Translations under genes and position numbers: made by a program
Assembly (NCBI GenBank): GCA_030390025.1
Contig: CM059433.1
Span: forward strand, 21,764,001-21,828,000
Source of the DNA: Squalus acanthias
Taxonomy: Eukaryota
DNA: 64,000 bases
Direction of reading: 5' to 3'
Shown: in pieces, positions 51,162-64,000 of the stretch
How the letters are laid out: each line of letters begins with the position of its first letter
Position numbering within the stretch: position 1 is the first letter of the stretch
Notes under the pieces: model-generated
Told to the model about the DNA's origin: nothing
Database searches by the model: none
Seen by the model: only the letters and a program-made list of their open reading frames with translations

Positions 51162-54100
51162 AATGAATCTGTGAAACTTCTTTTACTTAAAAATCAACAA
51201 GAGGTTACAAGCAATTACCAGAATACAAACTCCACTCAATTCACGTACTTATTACAAGCAAGCATCTAAAATCATTTACTTTAAACACAGATGATTATAA
51301 GCAAAACCACATACAGTACATACTATTCACCAGATGAGAGGTCAATTCAACAATGACAGACGTCTGACTAACTTTAACTGGCAACTGACCAAGTTACCAT
51401 GGACTATCGCCCCGACTGCAGTGCCGAATGTTTTGAAACAGTACCTTTTATAGCCCAAAATTTGGCAATCCTCCCACTGCGTCTGTGTCCCTAACTATAC
51501 GGCATAATGGTCGGCAGTTGTTTCCCAGACCCTCTTATCACTAGTCCGTTAGGCAACTGTGGGCCTTGAAGGCTAGGTACATTCCATAGTCTGAAGATGT
51601 TTCTGTTATTGCACTGATTTCACAGTCAATAGTCTGTTCCCAAAGAACTTCAATTAGCTAGTTTTCCATAGCTGTTGAAAGACAATTGGCAGCTTTTACA
51701 GCTTACAAGTCAAACAGTTTATTTTGCAACATTCCCACAGCAACCAGTCTTTGTCCTTGTGAAGCATGATGGTAAAATTTGGTCAACTTTTACAGCAAAT
51801 AGTGTGTTCTACAGTGGACAAAGACAAGTGCAACTGTACCTCATGCATTGTGCAAACATCCACCCTTATCCCAGGATACACATTTACTATCCTATACTGT
51901 ACTTGCTTGGTCACATAGTGATGGCATCTCTTGCAGGCTGGCTTGCAGACAACTAGCTCCAAAGGGATGGCTCTTCCGGTGGGAGTGCATTAAGTTTTTA
52001 TGCTACTGGATCTTTCCAAGCAAAAACCCAGTGATATATGCCTAATCATATTGTGGTCAATCAGATGACCACAGATGCATCAAACAAGCAATAGGCCCTG
52101 CTTAAAAGGAGCAAAACATTTATCATTTTTCTTGTGGAAAGGAAGAGGCAGCAGCTCAAGAAGACAAATGACTTGGGTTCCAAGAATACACGGCATAGTG
52201 CATGGAACCCATCTACTTTAGAGCAGTAAATCTTGCTGCCACCTCCTTATAGGCAAGTTGATCTGCTGTCGTCTTGGGAGAATACCCTAATATTCTAAAC
52301 AGGGCAACCCTTCCTGAACATACATCACGCAACAGCACGTCCACTTTGCCAGCTATCAAACAGGTGATCCGGGCCTGCAACAATTGTACACAGACTCTGT
52401 TTCATGCCTTCACAATGGATTTCCATTTACTTCACTTTTGCCAAGATCCTCCTTCTCCTTCCAGCTTTGGTAATGGTTGAAGATTATTTAAAATTAATTT
52501 TGAAGCCTATAAAAGTGACACAATGTTTGCTCCCCTATGCAGCAATTTGCCTTTAAATGTATACATCCCTTTCTATTTGAGCTGCTGGCTGGACCTTGGA
52601 CAGCCCCCATTAGACTAGCTGTTGGCACAAGGTTAATGCTGTGCTGGAAAGCTTGTGCTAATTAGTTCCGTACAGTAACCTCAGTGCACCTTGGGCCTGC
52701 CAACCATTCTTAGCACTCACATTCTGTCAATCTTGCAAAACTATAGGTTTGTTAATAGCCTGTTAAAAAGAACAGTGTAAATCGGTTGACGCTCCAATTA
52801 AATGTGTTCCTGAAGAAAAGGACCTGAGGGATATGGTGGGTAGTTGGGGTCTACCTATAAAAAGGGATTGGCTTGTTGAGCCTGAAGCTCTTTTCCTGTT
52901 CTTAAAAAAACATTTCTGTTCTTATTTCACACTTATTTGTTTGCTTTTGTAACACTTTCAAGGATAAAATATTAATTTATAGTCAGTTCGTTGTACCAGT
53001 TACTGTGCATCTTTCATTTTCCAAAGGATTAACTTTTCAGCACAAAGATTATTATAGATTATCCTAGCAGGCAAGTGGGTGGTATCATGTTAATTTGCTG
53101 TACTTAATTATGTTGTGGTCCGTGTTCTAAATCCCATCAAAGCCAAGTTAAATTATAGCTAGTGTAAAGACTGATTTTTGTTTTTATGTTGAAAACTGAA
53201 ATCTTGATTTGGTAGCACAAGAGCAGAGAAGTTTTAATACTCCAGGTCTTATAAACTAGCGCATAATTCAGTTCTCAATTAATCAGAAGAGTAGATCCAC
53301 TAGGTTCCAGGCAGGGTGCTTTCTGCAAGACACACTCCATCCCTTTTATACTTCACTAAAAATAGTTTGCCAATGCTCCTAATAAACCAGACTGGAGACA
53401 AAAGTTCCATCTGTGAAACAAGACAGGCATTCAAGCACCAGAGGTAGTGCAGTGTAGAACTGCAAGGCCGATCCTAGTGTTAGAGAAAAGATTGGAGAGA
53501 CTTGGGATTTTTTTTATGAACCAGATAGGGATTTCCTGACTGGAACTGTTCATGTGACACTTGTGGTTGTTATTTGATTAAATACTGGGACGTACCTGCC
53601 TTAAATTATGATATAACGTAAGTGTACTGAGATTAGCGACATGCCAGAAATATCGTGGACATACATGCTGCGAGATAAAGAAAAGAACAGGGAGTTCCCC
53701 AGGTGTCCGAGCCAATATTTTCCCCTCAATCAGCACCACTATAAACAGATTCACAGTTATTCATCACATTGTTGCATATGAGATTTGGGTGTTTGCAAAT
53801 TGGCTCACATATTTGCCTACATAACAACAATAATTCATTATTTGTGAAGTTATTTCAGGCATCTTAGAGACACGTGATATGGTCCGATATAAATGCATGG
53901 CTTTCCTGTAAATCTGAAGTTTGATATTACCATGTCCAACAGAAGTTTTTCTTTTTTTTGAAGCCCTATAATGTAGGCTTAATTCTTCGTTTTGAGACTT
54001 CTGATTAAGACACATAGTACAGTAGCATACAAAGTTTCATAAAATATTGAAAGCCATGCTCTAGAAGCCTTCTAAATGTGATGACGGTCTGATGGACAGC

Positions 54101-54369
54101 CATATAAATGGAGGTGAGGTGTACATTATGTATATGTTTGGTGTGATTATCAGCTTGGCAGTTGATTATAGTGAACATCACCAAACTAAAACATCCTGAA
54201 GTAATTATACTTCACCAATGTACTGAAGCCAAGAGGGAAATATTGAAACCCTGGATAATACATAGATAGAGACTAAGACAGAGTATGCAAATTAAATATC
54301 ATCTACAGCTTACAGATGACACATTTTTACTGATGAACTTAGTTTTACATCTGTTTTCTTAAATGGCAC

Positions 54370-54372
<3 letters not shown>

Positions 54373-54400
<28 letters not shown>
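54373..54400. repeat. (TA)n microsatellite
   Basis: Direct reading. Confidence 0.95.
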
Positions 54401-54404
<4 letters not shown>

Positions 54405-54942
54405 AGGTGTGTACTGCTTGACTAATGAAGTATTACTGATCTGGATCTCTGTTAGGAATAGTAAAAAGTAAAACACATTTTACAGGACAAATAGGTTCAA
54501 GCGCAACAATTGTTTGTATCTTCATGTGGTAATGAATTACAATTTGCTACAAATGTGGAGACAGAAATTAATTTGACTGTCACTTTACGCAATTACCGTT
54601 AGTTTGCGAAAAACACAACTGCGGGGCTGTATTAACTGTGGAGGCAACAAAAAGATGACTACCGCTGATTTATGATATGACTGAGATAATTGTCATAACT
54701 CATTTGAATTGTGTTTCCCCAATAAAAAAATCAAACAAGATGAAAACAGCATCTTCAATCCAGTCTACTTGACTGAGAATAATATGTTTGGAACACATAG
54801 CAATCTTGCTACTGTTTTGCAGGCTACATGTTGTCAGGAATGCCAGGGCTGCAAGCCAGGAAATCCTGATAACAAAAATCAAATATGTGTCAATGATGCT
54901 GCTCACAGAACTTTCAATGAAGCAAAGGACATATTGAGGCAG

Positions 54943-55115
54943 ATTTAAAGCTTGCCACCCCAGGTGTAAAACTGATGTTGTAGATTGGCTGCCCGTTATA
55001 GGAACCACCTTAGTTTAATTTCTATTGAAATCAATGGAAGTCACAATCAGGACAGTTTCTATAACAGGCGGCTGATCAGCAAAGCTAGTTTTAGGCCTGG
55101 GCGGTAAGTTTAAAA
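54943..55115. mobile_element. Short palindromic MITE related to 742-898
   Basis: cttgccacccaggtgtaaaact / agttttaggcctgggcggtaag arms; central tctattgaaatcaatggaa. Confidence 0.6.
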
Positions 55116-56962
55116 TCACCTCCATTGAGTCCATTGAGCTTCTAATATTTAAAAGTAGATTTCTAAATGTGCTCTGTTTCTTTTCATGGGAAAAAAGGGC
55201 TCTGTGTAGCAGTGTTGGAAATACGTTCAAAAAGAACATGTTTAGGATGTCGCTAAACATAGCAACCAGTGTAGTTCTTCCTTGGAGACAAATGCCTCAA
55301 TCGTGCTTCTTCTTTGTCTCTTATCCCCAGTCTTTCTTTCATTGCTCATTGATTTACATCTGATACTTTCCTTGGCACCCTTATTGGATCCATTTCCCAA
55401 AGCTTCTGTGCCTTTTAACGCAAGGTAACTAACTTAGTGTGACCTCATCAATGCTTTATGGACTATGAGGATTACCAGTATGATAGTGAATGATTCACTT
55501 ACATACACAGATATTTTAACGGGAAAAAATAATGTTCTATTATATAGTACCTTCCACAATGCCAGGATGTCCAAAACACTTCACAGCCAATGAAGTACCT
55601 TTGAAGAGTAGTCACTGTTGTAATGTAGGAAACGCAGCAGCCAATTTGTGCACAGCATGGTCACAAAAACAGCAATGTGATAATGACCAGATTATCTGTT
55701 TTAATAGTGTTGGTTGAGAGATAAATATTGGCCAGTAAGTGTGCTGTGTTTGTGCCACTGGACTGCTTTCTGTAATGTGTGCTTGCTTAATTGCATGGCA
55801 ATTACATGCAACATGATGAAACTTTCAATGTTTCAAGTAGCACCATAAATATTTTTCTTTTGTGCCTTATTTAATTATACAGCACTAATGCATAATCATA
55901 TTTACTATTTTTAGCAACAATATCTATTCCTGTATAAATTCCAATGTGAAATGTCATTTGCCACTTAACTGTTCAGTTATCAAATTACCATAGATCTCTT
56001 TGAACCACTTTCCTCTTCTCAGACATTCTGCTTTCCAATACAAGTTGATGCAATCCACGGACATTTTAAACATTCTATTTACAACATCTCCATCATCATG
56101 AATACATTTTATGAAAGGCTGTAAGTCCAGGATCAATCAGAGGAGGAGTGAGGAAAAGGGGTGCAGAGGGTCAGAGGTAATTCTACAGGTCACACCTGCA
56201 TTATTCCAATTTACTATCATTCACATCCGGCTAATTACTTACCCAAATAACAATCCATCTGGGATGCAATTTATTTTCACTGTAGTCATGTCTATTTTGA
56301 TAGACTTTATTAAGTGCTTTGCAAAAAAAGAATTCTGAGAAATCTGTCACTTTATCTTCCTCTAGTAACTCTCATTAAGGAACCTGATCAAATGGCACTA
56401 CAAAGTCAAGATATATAACATCTGCCTCATTGCTATCATCCATCAGTTCTTTTACACCTTCAAAGAACGCCAATAAATTTGTTAGGCATGACCTGCCTTT
56501 TGCAGACCTACACTGGCTTGGATTTATTGCTGTTACTCTTGCTAGATGTGCTTGAATTGCTTCCTTTATAATGCCAATAACTTTTCCTATATCAATGGCA
56601 ATCTAATAGGCCCATAAAATCTAGGAACATGCTTACGATCTTTTGCAAAGATTGAAATCATGTTCGCTTATTCCCAGCCCTCTGCTGCCACCTCATAACC
56701 CATCAACTTTACAGAATTATTCCCACTTCTAACCTAATTTATTGTAACACTTTTTGATAAATTTTACCTGGGCTAATCATTATGAACTTGCAAATATTTC
56801 TGTTGTTAATTGTCCTTTCAATATTTCATCACTAGTCACTACTTTTGTCACACACGTTAGTACCTCTTTGGAAATACCATCAATATCTTCTATAATGGAA
56901 AATGTTGGAAGACATTGTTAAACTCTCCTCTCATCACACCTCTGTCATTATTAAAAGACAGT

Positions 56963-57778
56963 GGCCTAGAAATTTGGGCATGCACCTATCCCTGCACTTG
57001 AATGGTAAGGCCTGAGGCACCTCCAGTTTTGGCCCTTGGACCTCATTTCCATGAAGCGGGCGAGCTGCAGAGAGTAAGCAGCAGATCACCCTGTGAAGCA
57101 TTGCTGAAGATCGGGTCGCTGCAATGGTAGCAGTGGTTCTCAGGCAAGTGAGGAAGGGAGCAGCCAGGAAGTGGCGGGGCGGGGGGGGGGACGGTGATAT
57201 GATCGGTGGCCAAGAGGGGTTTGCTAGTGGGGGTGGGGAGGGGGGGGATCACTAGCCAGTGGGGGCAATTGTTAGCCTGGGGGGGGTGGGGGCGATCAGT
57301 AGCCGGGGAGTGGGCGGGAGAGCTCGGGGCAGGGGTGGGGGGTGGTGCGGGGGAGGAGCAATCGATGGCCGGGTCAGGGGGATCGGTGGCCGGAGCGGGG
57401 TGATTGGTGGTCAGGTTAGGAGGATCAGTAACTGGTGGGAGGGGGGAGTGGCCTGCGTTCTTTAAATGTGGGGTTGGGAGAAGCACTTTTGCTCCTCCCG
57501 GCTCCACATGGGAGCCTTCCTGATGGTTATCATCACATTGTGCTGTGCGAATTACGCACGAGTGAAGCGATGGGGCATTCGAAACTCGAGAACTGGTCCT
57601 GCAAGAAGTGCAAGATCCTAATTTAAGTAAATTATTTCCAGCTTTGAATGTTTTCGACGTGTGCTCCTGACACCAGCGCAACCACCTAATCTTTATGGCG
57701 GGTGGCATACTTCCAGGCCGGAAATATGCGCATGCTTCCTGTCCACCATATTGGAGGCTTAGGCTGAATTTCTAGGCT
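56963..57778. mobile_element. Harbinger-like MITE with G-rich core
   Basis: TIR ggcctagaaatt / aatttctaggct; 3-bp TSD agt on both sides. Confidence 0.8.
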
Positions 57779-58816
57779 AGTATTTTTTCTTTCAACTTAG
57801 CCTGCTGCGTGCAATTTTAACTGCATGTTCCAATGTTTTTACCAGAAGTTTACCTGCTTCAAATGAAAGCAAAGGATCATGTTTCATTCCCAGTTGCTTA
57901 TTTAGCATCTTTTCTTTTGTGTATTTCCAAATGCTGCTCCATTGCCCTTTTCTTAAATTGCTCAATATAATGTTTTGTTTTTACCCTTGGTGCTTAAGGG
58001 TTCTGTCAAACCATTTAAGGGTTAACCATCATTTGACTATCAACAGTTCTGATATTATGCTATCTATGTACTCATCTCATTCTGCCTTTTTTTTAAATTT
58101 GCATTTTTATCATCATGTTACCCCCAGGTTATTTCTTGGCTTATCCTCTCTAGTTCTTCCTTCATTGCCTTACAATGCTCTCCTGAAATCTGAACATTCA
58201 TTTATTCATCTTAAGCAAAAGCAAAATACTGCGGGCGCTGGAAATCTGAAATAAAGACAGAAAATGCTGGAAGCACTCAGCAGGTCAGCCAGCAACAACA
58301 TCAACTTGCCTTTATATAGCGCCTTTAACATAGTAAAATGTCCCAGCAATTTATTAATCATTATGCCTTAAAGTCAAATATGTAATCATTATTACAGTGT
58401 TCTCCACTGTCCATATTTCCCACCATCTATGGCTTAAATTTACTGTATTGGGTCAATAAGATTCTGTCCCATGAACTATTATTTGAACTGCACCGTAAGC
58501 TGTCATTTCATGTGGTTGTCTCTGAAGCAAAACTAACACGTTCCCAATCAACTTTTATTATTTCCTTTTAAACATTTTATGGTATCTCAGCCTTTGAGAA
58601 TTACAGTAGAATTCTGATTCTCTTTCCCAGGCAAGTATTTTTAAATATTAAAGAGATTCATAGATGGGTGCAAAAGAATACTTGAAAAAATTATTTTAAA
58701 AAACCTTTTGTTTCCTATGACATTATGCTTTTTTGTTGAAGCAAATTAGACACGGTTAAGTTCTCTGTCAAGGAATCCTGATCGGGTTAGTGTAACTAAT
58801 GTGTCCTTATTGTGAC

Positions 58817-59755
58817 AGCAACATCATCAACTTGCATTTATATAGCGCCTTTAATGTAGTAAAATGTCCCAGCCACATAAGGAGATATTAGGACAGGTGA
58901 ACAGAAGCTTAGTCAAAGAGGTAGGCTTTAAGGATGCGTCTTAAAGGAGGAGAGATAGGTGGAGAGTTTTAGGGAGCGAATTCCAGAGCTTAGGGCCGAG
59001 GCAGCTGAAGGCACGGCCGCCAATGGTGGAGCGATGAAAATCGGGGATGCGCAAGAGGCCAGAATTGGAGGGGCGCAGAGATCTCGGAGGGTTATAGGGC
59101 TCGAGGAGGTAATAGAGATAGGGAGGGGCAAGGTCATGGAGGGATTTGAAAACAAAGATGAGAATTTTAAAATTGAGGCATTGCTTAACCGAGAGCCAAA
59201 GTAGATCAGTGAGCACAGGGGTGAACGGGACTTGGTGCAAGTTAGGATATGGGCAGCTGAGTGCATTGGTTTAGTCGAGTCTGAAGATAACAAAGGCATG
59301 GATGAGGGTTTCAGCAGCAGACGAGTTGGGACGGGGTGAAGACGGGTGATGTTACAGAAGCAGAAGTAGGCGGTCTTGGTGTTAAAGAGGATATGGGGTC
59401 GGAAGCTCAGCTCAGGGTCAAATAGGATACCAAGGTTGCGAACAGTCTGGTTCAGCCTCAGATAGTGGCCAGGGAGACGGATGGAGTCGGTGGCTAGGGA
59501 ATGGATTTAGTCAATGGCTTCGGTCTTCCCAATATTTAACCGGAGGAAATTTCTGCTTATCCAATGCTGGATGTTGGACAAGCAGCGTGACAAATCAGAG
59601 GCAGTGGAGGGGTCAAGAGAGGTGGTGGCGATGTAGAACTGTTGTCAGCGTACATATGGAATCTGACGTGTTTTCAGATGATGTCGCCAAAGTGCAGCAT
59701 GTAAATGAGAAATAGGGGGTGGCCAAGAATAGATCCTTGGTGGACTCCAGGGGTA
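58817..59755 (-). mobile_element. L2 LINE 3' fragment
   Basis: TPVLTDLLWL...FKILIFVFKSLH.LAPPYL...GGRAFSCLGPKLWNSLP; tail ttgcatttatatagcgcc. Confidence 0.92.
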
Positions 59756-59945
59756 ATAGTGACCTCTATAAACACAATATTAACACAATCTTTTATTTCA
59801 GTTTGAAACTTTGACCTTCATTCATATACTTCCCTTTTTCATGTGGTTCTTCAGTGGGGAAAAGTTGGTCAAGGCTCCCACATACCTGAGTGCTGCAAAA
59901 TGTCTCTTGTGTAGCTTCATCTTTTCACATCCAGTGTCAAAGTTA

Positions 59946-60450
59946 CACATATATAGCTCCTTTAATACTGCCAATTATCTCCAGGGGTTCAAGGGAGGAT
60001 TCACCAAGGAGAAGTTTGGAGAAGAATATTAGAAGTGACTGGAAGTGTGGTTGAAGTGATAAGTGGATGTTTTTTATGGTGGAGGGGAATGGAACAAGTT
60101 AAACACAATCCAAAACAGCACAGAAACACTGAAATTGTGGTGCATTTTGCTAAATAGTAAATAAAGACTGCCTGTTAAGTGTTTCTTAAGTAGTCATTTA
60201 TTATTCACAGTTAATTTACCTTCAAAGTGTCACGTTAAATATCGTCAAGTAAAAAAGGCCCACAACAAAGTATAAATTAAATGTTACAAGTTCTTGCCTT
60301 GTTCCATTCCCCTCCACCTTAAAAAAACATCCACTTATCACTTCAACCACACTTCCAGTCACTTATAATACTGTTCTCCAAACTTCTCCTTGGTGAACCC
60401 TCCCGTGAACCCTGGAGATAATTGGCAGTATTAAAGGAGCTATATATGTG
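59946..60450. repeat. Inverted repeat pair, arms 59946-60098 and 60298-60450, derived from an old L2-like 3' end
   Basis: cacatatatagctcctttaatactgcc...gaatggaacaag versus cttgttccattc...ggcagtattaaaggagctatatatgtg. Confidence 0.9.
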
Positions 60451-60839
60451 CACGTTGATGCTATTGTTGTTGTTGACTTTGACAGCTCATGGGGTAACTG
60501 TGTCATGTTGGCCTGAGTTAGAAGTGTGTAGAGCCAGCCCAACAAATGTTTAATTTTCCACTGTATGTTAGAGGTAGAATATACTCTAATTTTGTCTCTG
60601 TTATTTCCTGGTTTCACTGGCCCCATTTGCATCAATGTTTCACAGCCTCATTTGTTTTCTCCTCCTCTCCCCCACCTGTGGCCAAGCAGTCAATAGGACT
60701 CCATGGAATTAAATCTTAACTATCTGCACAATGTTTCACAACCCTCTCCTGATTTGCTTTCAGACACAGTTGTCACATTGCCCTTTTTAACTGTGCTTAT
60801 ACACCCCTTCCTTGATTTAATTCAAAACTAGGGTTTAAG

Positions 60840-61469
60840 GGGTGCAAATTGTTTACGGCATGCCAACATTGTGCAACTCAACCAGCAGCTCATGCACAAA
60901 ATGTTAATGAGGCTCAAGGCCGGTCCAAAATTGGTCTTTGGGCCTCATTAGATTGTGCGTGAGCTGTCCATGCCTATCGCGCCTCCACAAACAGCTCGCT
61001 CATTTTACTAAGAAGAATATTGGGCCACTAGCCTCGTCGGCAGCAGCCCGAAGGCTGGGCTGGTAATGGGGGGTGGTGTGGGGGAGGGGAGCGGTTGCGA
61101 GGACTGTGAAGTTGGGGGAGCACCCCTGCTCCTCCTGGCTCCACAGAAACATTTCTTGAAAAACTTATGCTTCTAGTGGCATTCGCTGCTTAGGCCGCAG
61201 TGACCACTTAAGAATCCCGAGAGGAGCAGAAATCCAAACCAATTTCTGCAAGGGACATGAAACAGAGGTCAGGGTCCTCATTTACATATGTACGGGGCCG
61301 AACACCTGTTTTAGGCGTCTGCCTGGAACGCCTGAAAAGCTGCCTTTAACAATATAGCGCACTCATAATGCAGGCACAGATTGGACATGGGACGGTGCAT
61401 CCAAAATTTGGTCCTTTCCCCCCATTTTCCACCTAGAAAATGGACGCAACGAGAACCAATTTCTAGCCC
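60840..61469. mobile_element. Harbinger-like MITE (similar, less clear elements at ~43372-43860, ~46718-47030, ~48345-48780)
   Basis: gggtgcaaattg / caatttctagccc ends; internal palindrome taatgaggctcaa...gggcctcatta. Confidence 0.6.
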
Positions 61470-62191
61470 AAAATCTCTTGCTGGCATTAAGAGTGGTTTA
61501 TTTATTTACAAAAAGACTGTTATTTTAACTTATGTTGTAGCTTTTGAGTCTTCTTTGTAATTTAAAATGTAAATGAGTTACTCCCAGAGTTTCCGCGATC
61601 TTTTCCGCTTGTTCAAGATTCACTTTGCCTGGATCAGGCTCCGTCCACTAAACTGGCCACATCCCCAGGTCGACACTGTGAATTTCCGCCGATTGCGCTG
61701 GCTCGGGAAGGCTCTTCAAATTGCGCTCATTTTCTTCGGCGTACAGGCACTAGTAGGCTCGTTTTAAAGCTTTTTTCATATCAAAAAATATTTAATTTAC
61801 GAACTAATAATACTGACTAATGCACAACAATGAAAGTAATAAATGGTTCAGTACAGTTTTTTTAAGTGATTTTGAATCAGGTTGCTCACAGGTGGAGGAC
61901 TGGACGCTCTTAATAAAAATGCTTATTTTTGGTGATAAACCCATTCTCAGCTGTAATAATAAAACTGCACTAGGTTACCACTCTTAAATACATCAAGGAA
62001 TATTTTTTAATGGAAAGAAAATAAATAATTACATTCTATTACACTGCCTGATTGGGCTGGTTCATGGAACACTTTACATCTGTTGGTATAAGGGAGGAGT
62101 GTAATGGCATAGAGTACAGGGTGACGGGAATGCTGAAGATCCAGTCGTGAGTCCCAGTCCTTTTCTCGGTTGACCCTCTGGAACCGCTAAA

Positions 62192-64000
62192 ACATAGGAG
62201 CAAGAGTGGGCCATTCAGCTCCTCGAGCCTGTTGTGCCATTCAGTGACATCGTGACTGATCTGCATCTTAACTCCATCCCCCTGCCTTGGCTCCATATCC
62301 TTTTATATGCTTGTTTAGCAAAAATCTTTCGATCTCAGATTTAAAATTATTAATTGAGCTAGCATCTACTGCTTCTTGTGGGAGAAAGCTCCACACTTCT
62401 ACCACCCTTTGCATGAAGAAGTGTTTTCTAACTTCTCTGCTGAATGGCCTGGCTCTGATTTTAAGGTTATGTCCCCTTGTCCCAGACTCCCCCACCAGCA
62501 GAAAAAGTTTCTCTCTATCTACCTGATCAATTCCTTTCAAAATCCTAAAAAACTCAATCAAATCACCCCTTAATCCTCTATATTCCAGGGAATACAAGCC
62601 TAGTTTATGTAATCTCTCCTCATAATCTAACCCTTGGAGGTACCCTGGTAATGTTCTGGTGAATCTGCACTGCACGCCTTCTAAGGCCAATATATCCTTT
62701 CTAAAGTGCGGTGCCCAGAACTGTACACAGTACCCCAGATGTGGTCTAACCAGGGCTTGTACAGTTGTAGCAAAACTTTCTCCCCTTTATATTCTAGCTC
62801 TCTAGTTATAAATGCTAACATTCCATTAGCCTTTTTGATTATTTTTTGTACCTGACTACTACATTTTAGTGATCTGTGTACATGGACCCTTAAATCTCTT
62901 TGGACCTCCACTGTTCCTAGCTTTTCACCATTTACAAAATACTTGAATCTATCCATTTTTGGTCCAAAATGGATGCCCTCACACTTACCTGCGTTGCAAT
63001 CCATGTGCCACTGTTTTGTCCACTCACTCAATCTGTCAATGTCTCTTTGTAATTTTATGCTCCTGCCTACACTACTTGCTATAGTACCAATCTTTGTGTC
63101 ATCAGCAAACTTGGATATATGGTTCTCTATTGCGTTATCTAAGTCATTAATAAATATAGTGAATAGTTGAGGCTCTATTGCACAGATCTTTATAGGACAC
63201 CGCTAGTCACTTCCTTCCAATTCGAGTACATACCCATTATCCCTATTCTCTGTTTTCTACCACCTAGCGAATCACCTAACCAGGTCAATAATTTGCCTTC
63301 AATTCCATGAGCTTCAAATTTAGCTAACAGACTCTTATGTGGAACCTTATCGAATACCTTCTGGAAATCCATATAAACTACATCCATAGACATTCCCCTG
63401 TCTATTATTTTAGTTACTTCCTCAAAAAATTCAATTAGGTTCATTCGACATGACCTACCCTTTACAAATCCATGTTGGTTCTCTCTAATCAGCTCAAATT
63501 TCTCCGAGTGTTCAGTCACTCTGTCCTTAATTATAGATTCCAATAACTTCCCCACCACAGATGTTAGACTAACAGGTCTATAATTTCCTGGTTTCTCTCA
63601 CTTTTCTTGAATAATGGAGTGACATTTGCAATTTTCCAATCTAAAGGGACAATTCCTGAATTGAGCGTGCTTTGGAAGATTATGGCTAAAACAGCTGCAA
63701 TTTCCTCACCTACTTCCTTTAAAACCCTGGGGTGGAAACCATCAGGTCCTGGGGATTTGTCAGTCTTTAGTGCCATTGTTTATTCTGATACTGTTTTCTT
63801 GCTTACATTAACTTTAGTGAGTTCCAATCGTTGATTCATTATTAATTTCCCTGGAATGTTAAGTATATTATCCTCTTCCTCTACTATGAATACTGACACA
63901 AAGTAATCATGCTACAAGTCTGCCATTTCCTTATTTTAATTTTCAATATTACCTGTATCTGTTTTTATAGGGCCACAGACTGTTCTTCCCCTTTCATTAG
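62192..64000 (-). mobile_element. CR1 LINE 3' half (runs off the window end)
   Basis: KSPGPDGFHPRVLKE, DWKIANVTPLFKK, QHGFVKGRSC, YMDFQKVFDKVPH, LEGVQCRFTR, FFMQRVV.VW; 3' tail near 62192. Confidence 0.95.

Noticed and set aside
51900..52750. Possible ancient L1/Tx1 ORF2 relic on the minus strand
   Set aside because: Only vague motif resemblance by eye; needs a profile search.
54709..54948. Cys-containing ORF as the next CSMD1 Sushi exon
   Set aside because: Cys spacing and sequence do not fit a CCP domain (no F.C..GY.L.G motif).

Overview
Eukaryotic genomic DNA, most likely from a shark or other elasmobranch (inferred from the HER1/HE1-type LINE tails, Deu-domain SINEs and Penelope/Harbinger repeat content; not a database result). 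The whole window lies inside one large + strand gene, CSMD1 (CUB and Sushi multiple domains 1). Six internal coding exons were located by eye (1910-2023, 4828-4923, 14084-14287, 43948-44072, 44660-44756, 47631-47735). They splice in frame into the C-terminal half of one CUB domain, a Sushi/CCP domain and a complete next CUB domain; one intron uses a GC donor. About 99% of the window is intronic and rich in mobile DNA: a full-length but decayed Gypsy (Mag-like) LTR retrotransposon with ~120-bp LTRs, a solo LTR, CR1/L2 LINE relics, tRNA-derived SINEs, many PIF/Harbinger-type MITEs, a decayed two-gene Harbinger, a hAT MITE, and Penelope-like fragments carrying minimal hammerhead ribozymes. Most interesting: (i) hammerhead ribozymes in fold-back Penelope inserts, two of them intact and sense to the CSMD1 pre-mRNA; (ii) inverted MITE copies bracketing a 426-nt frame-preserving exon block (circRNA or skipping candidate); (iii) a MITE carrying three perfect 5' splice sites and an in-frame 15/30-nt microexon candidate at the Sushi-CUB junction; (iv) a Trp-to-Cys change in the conserved CUB C-x-W motif; (v) local inverted and templated duplications. 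All functional suggestions are hypotheses; no searches were run and repeat boundaries lacking a TSD are approximate.
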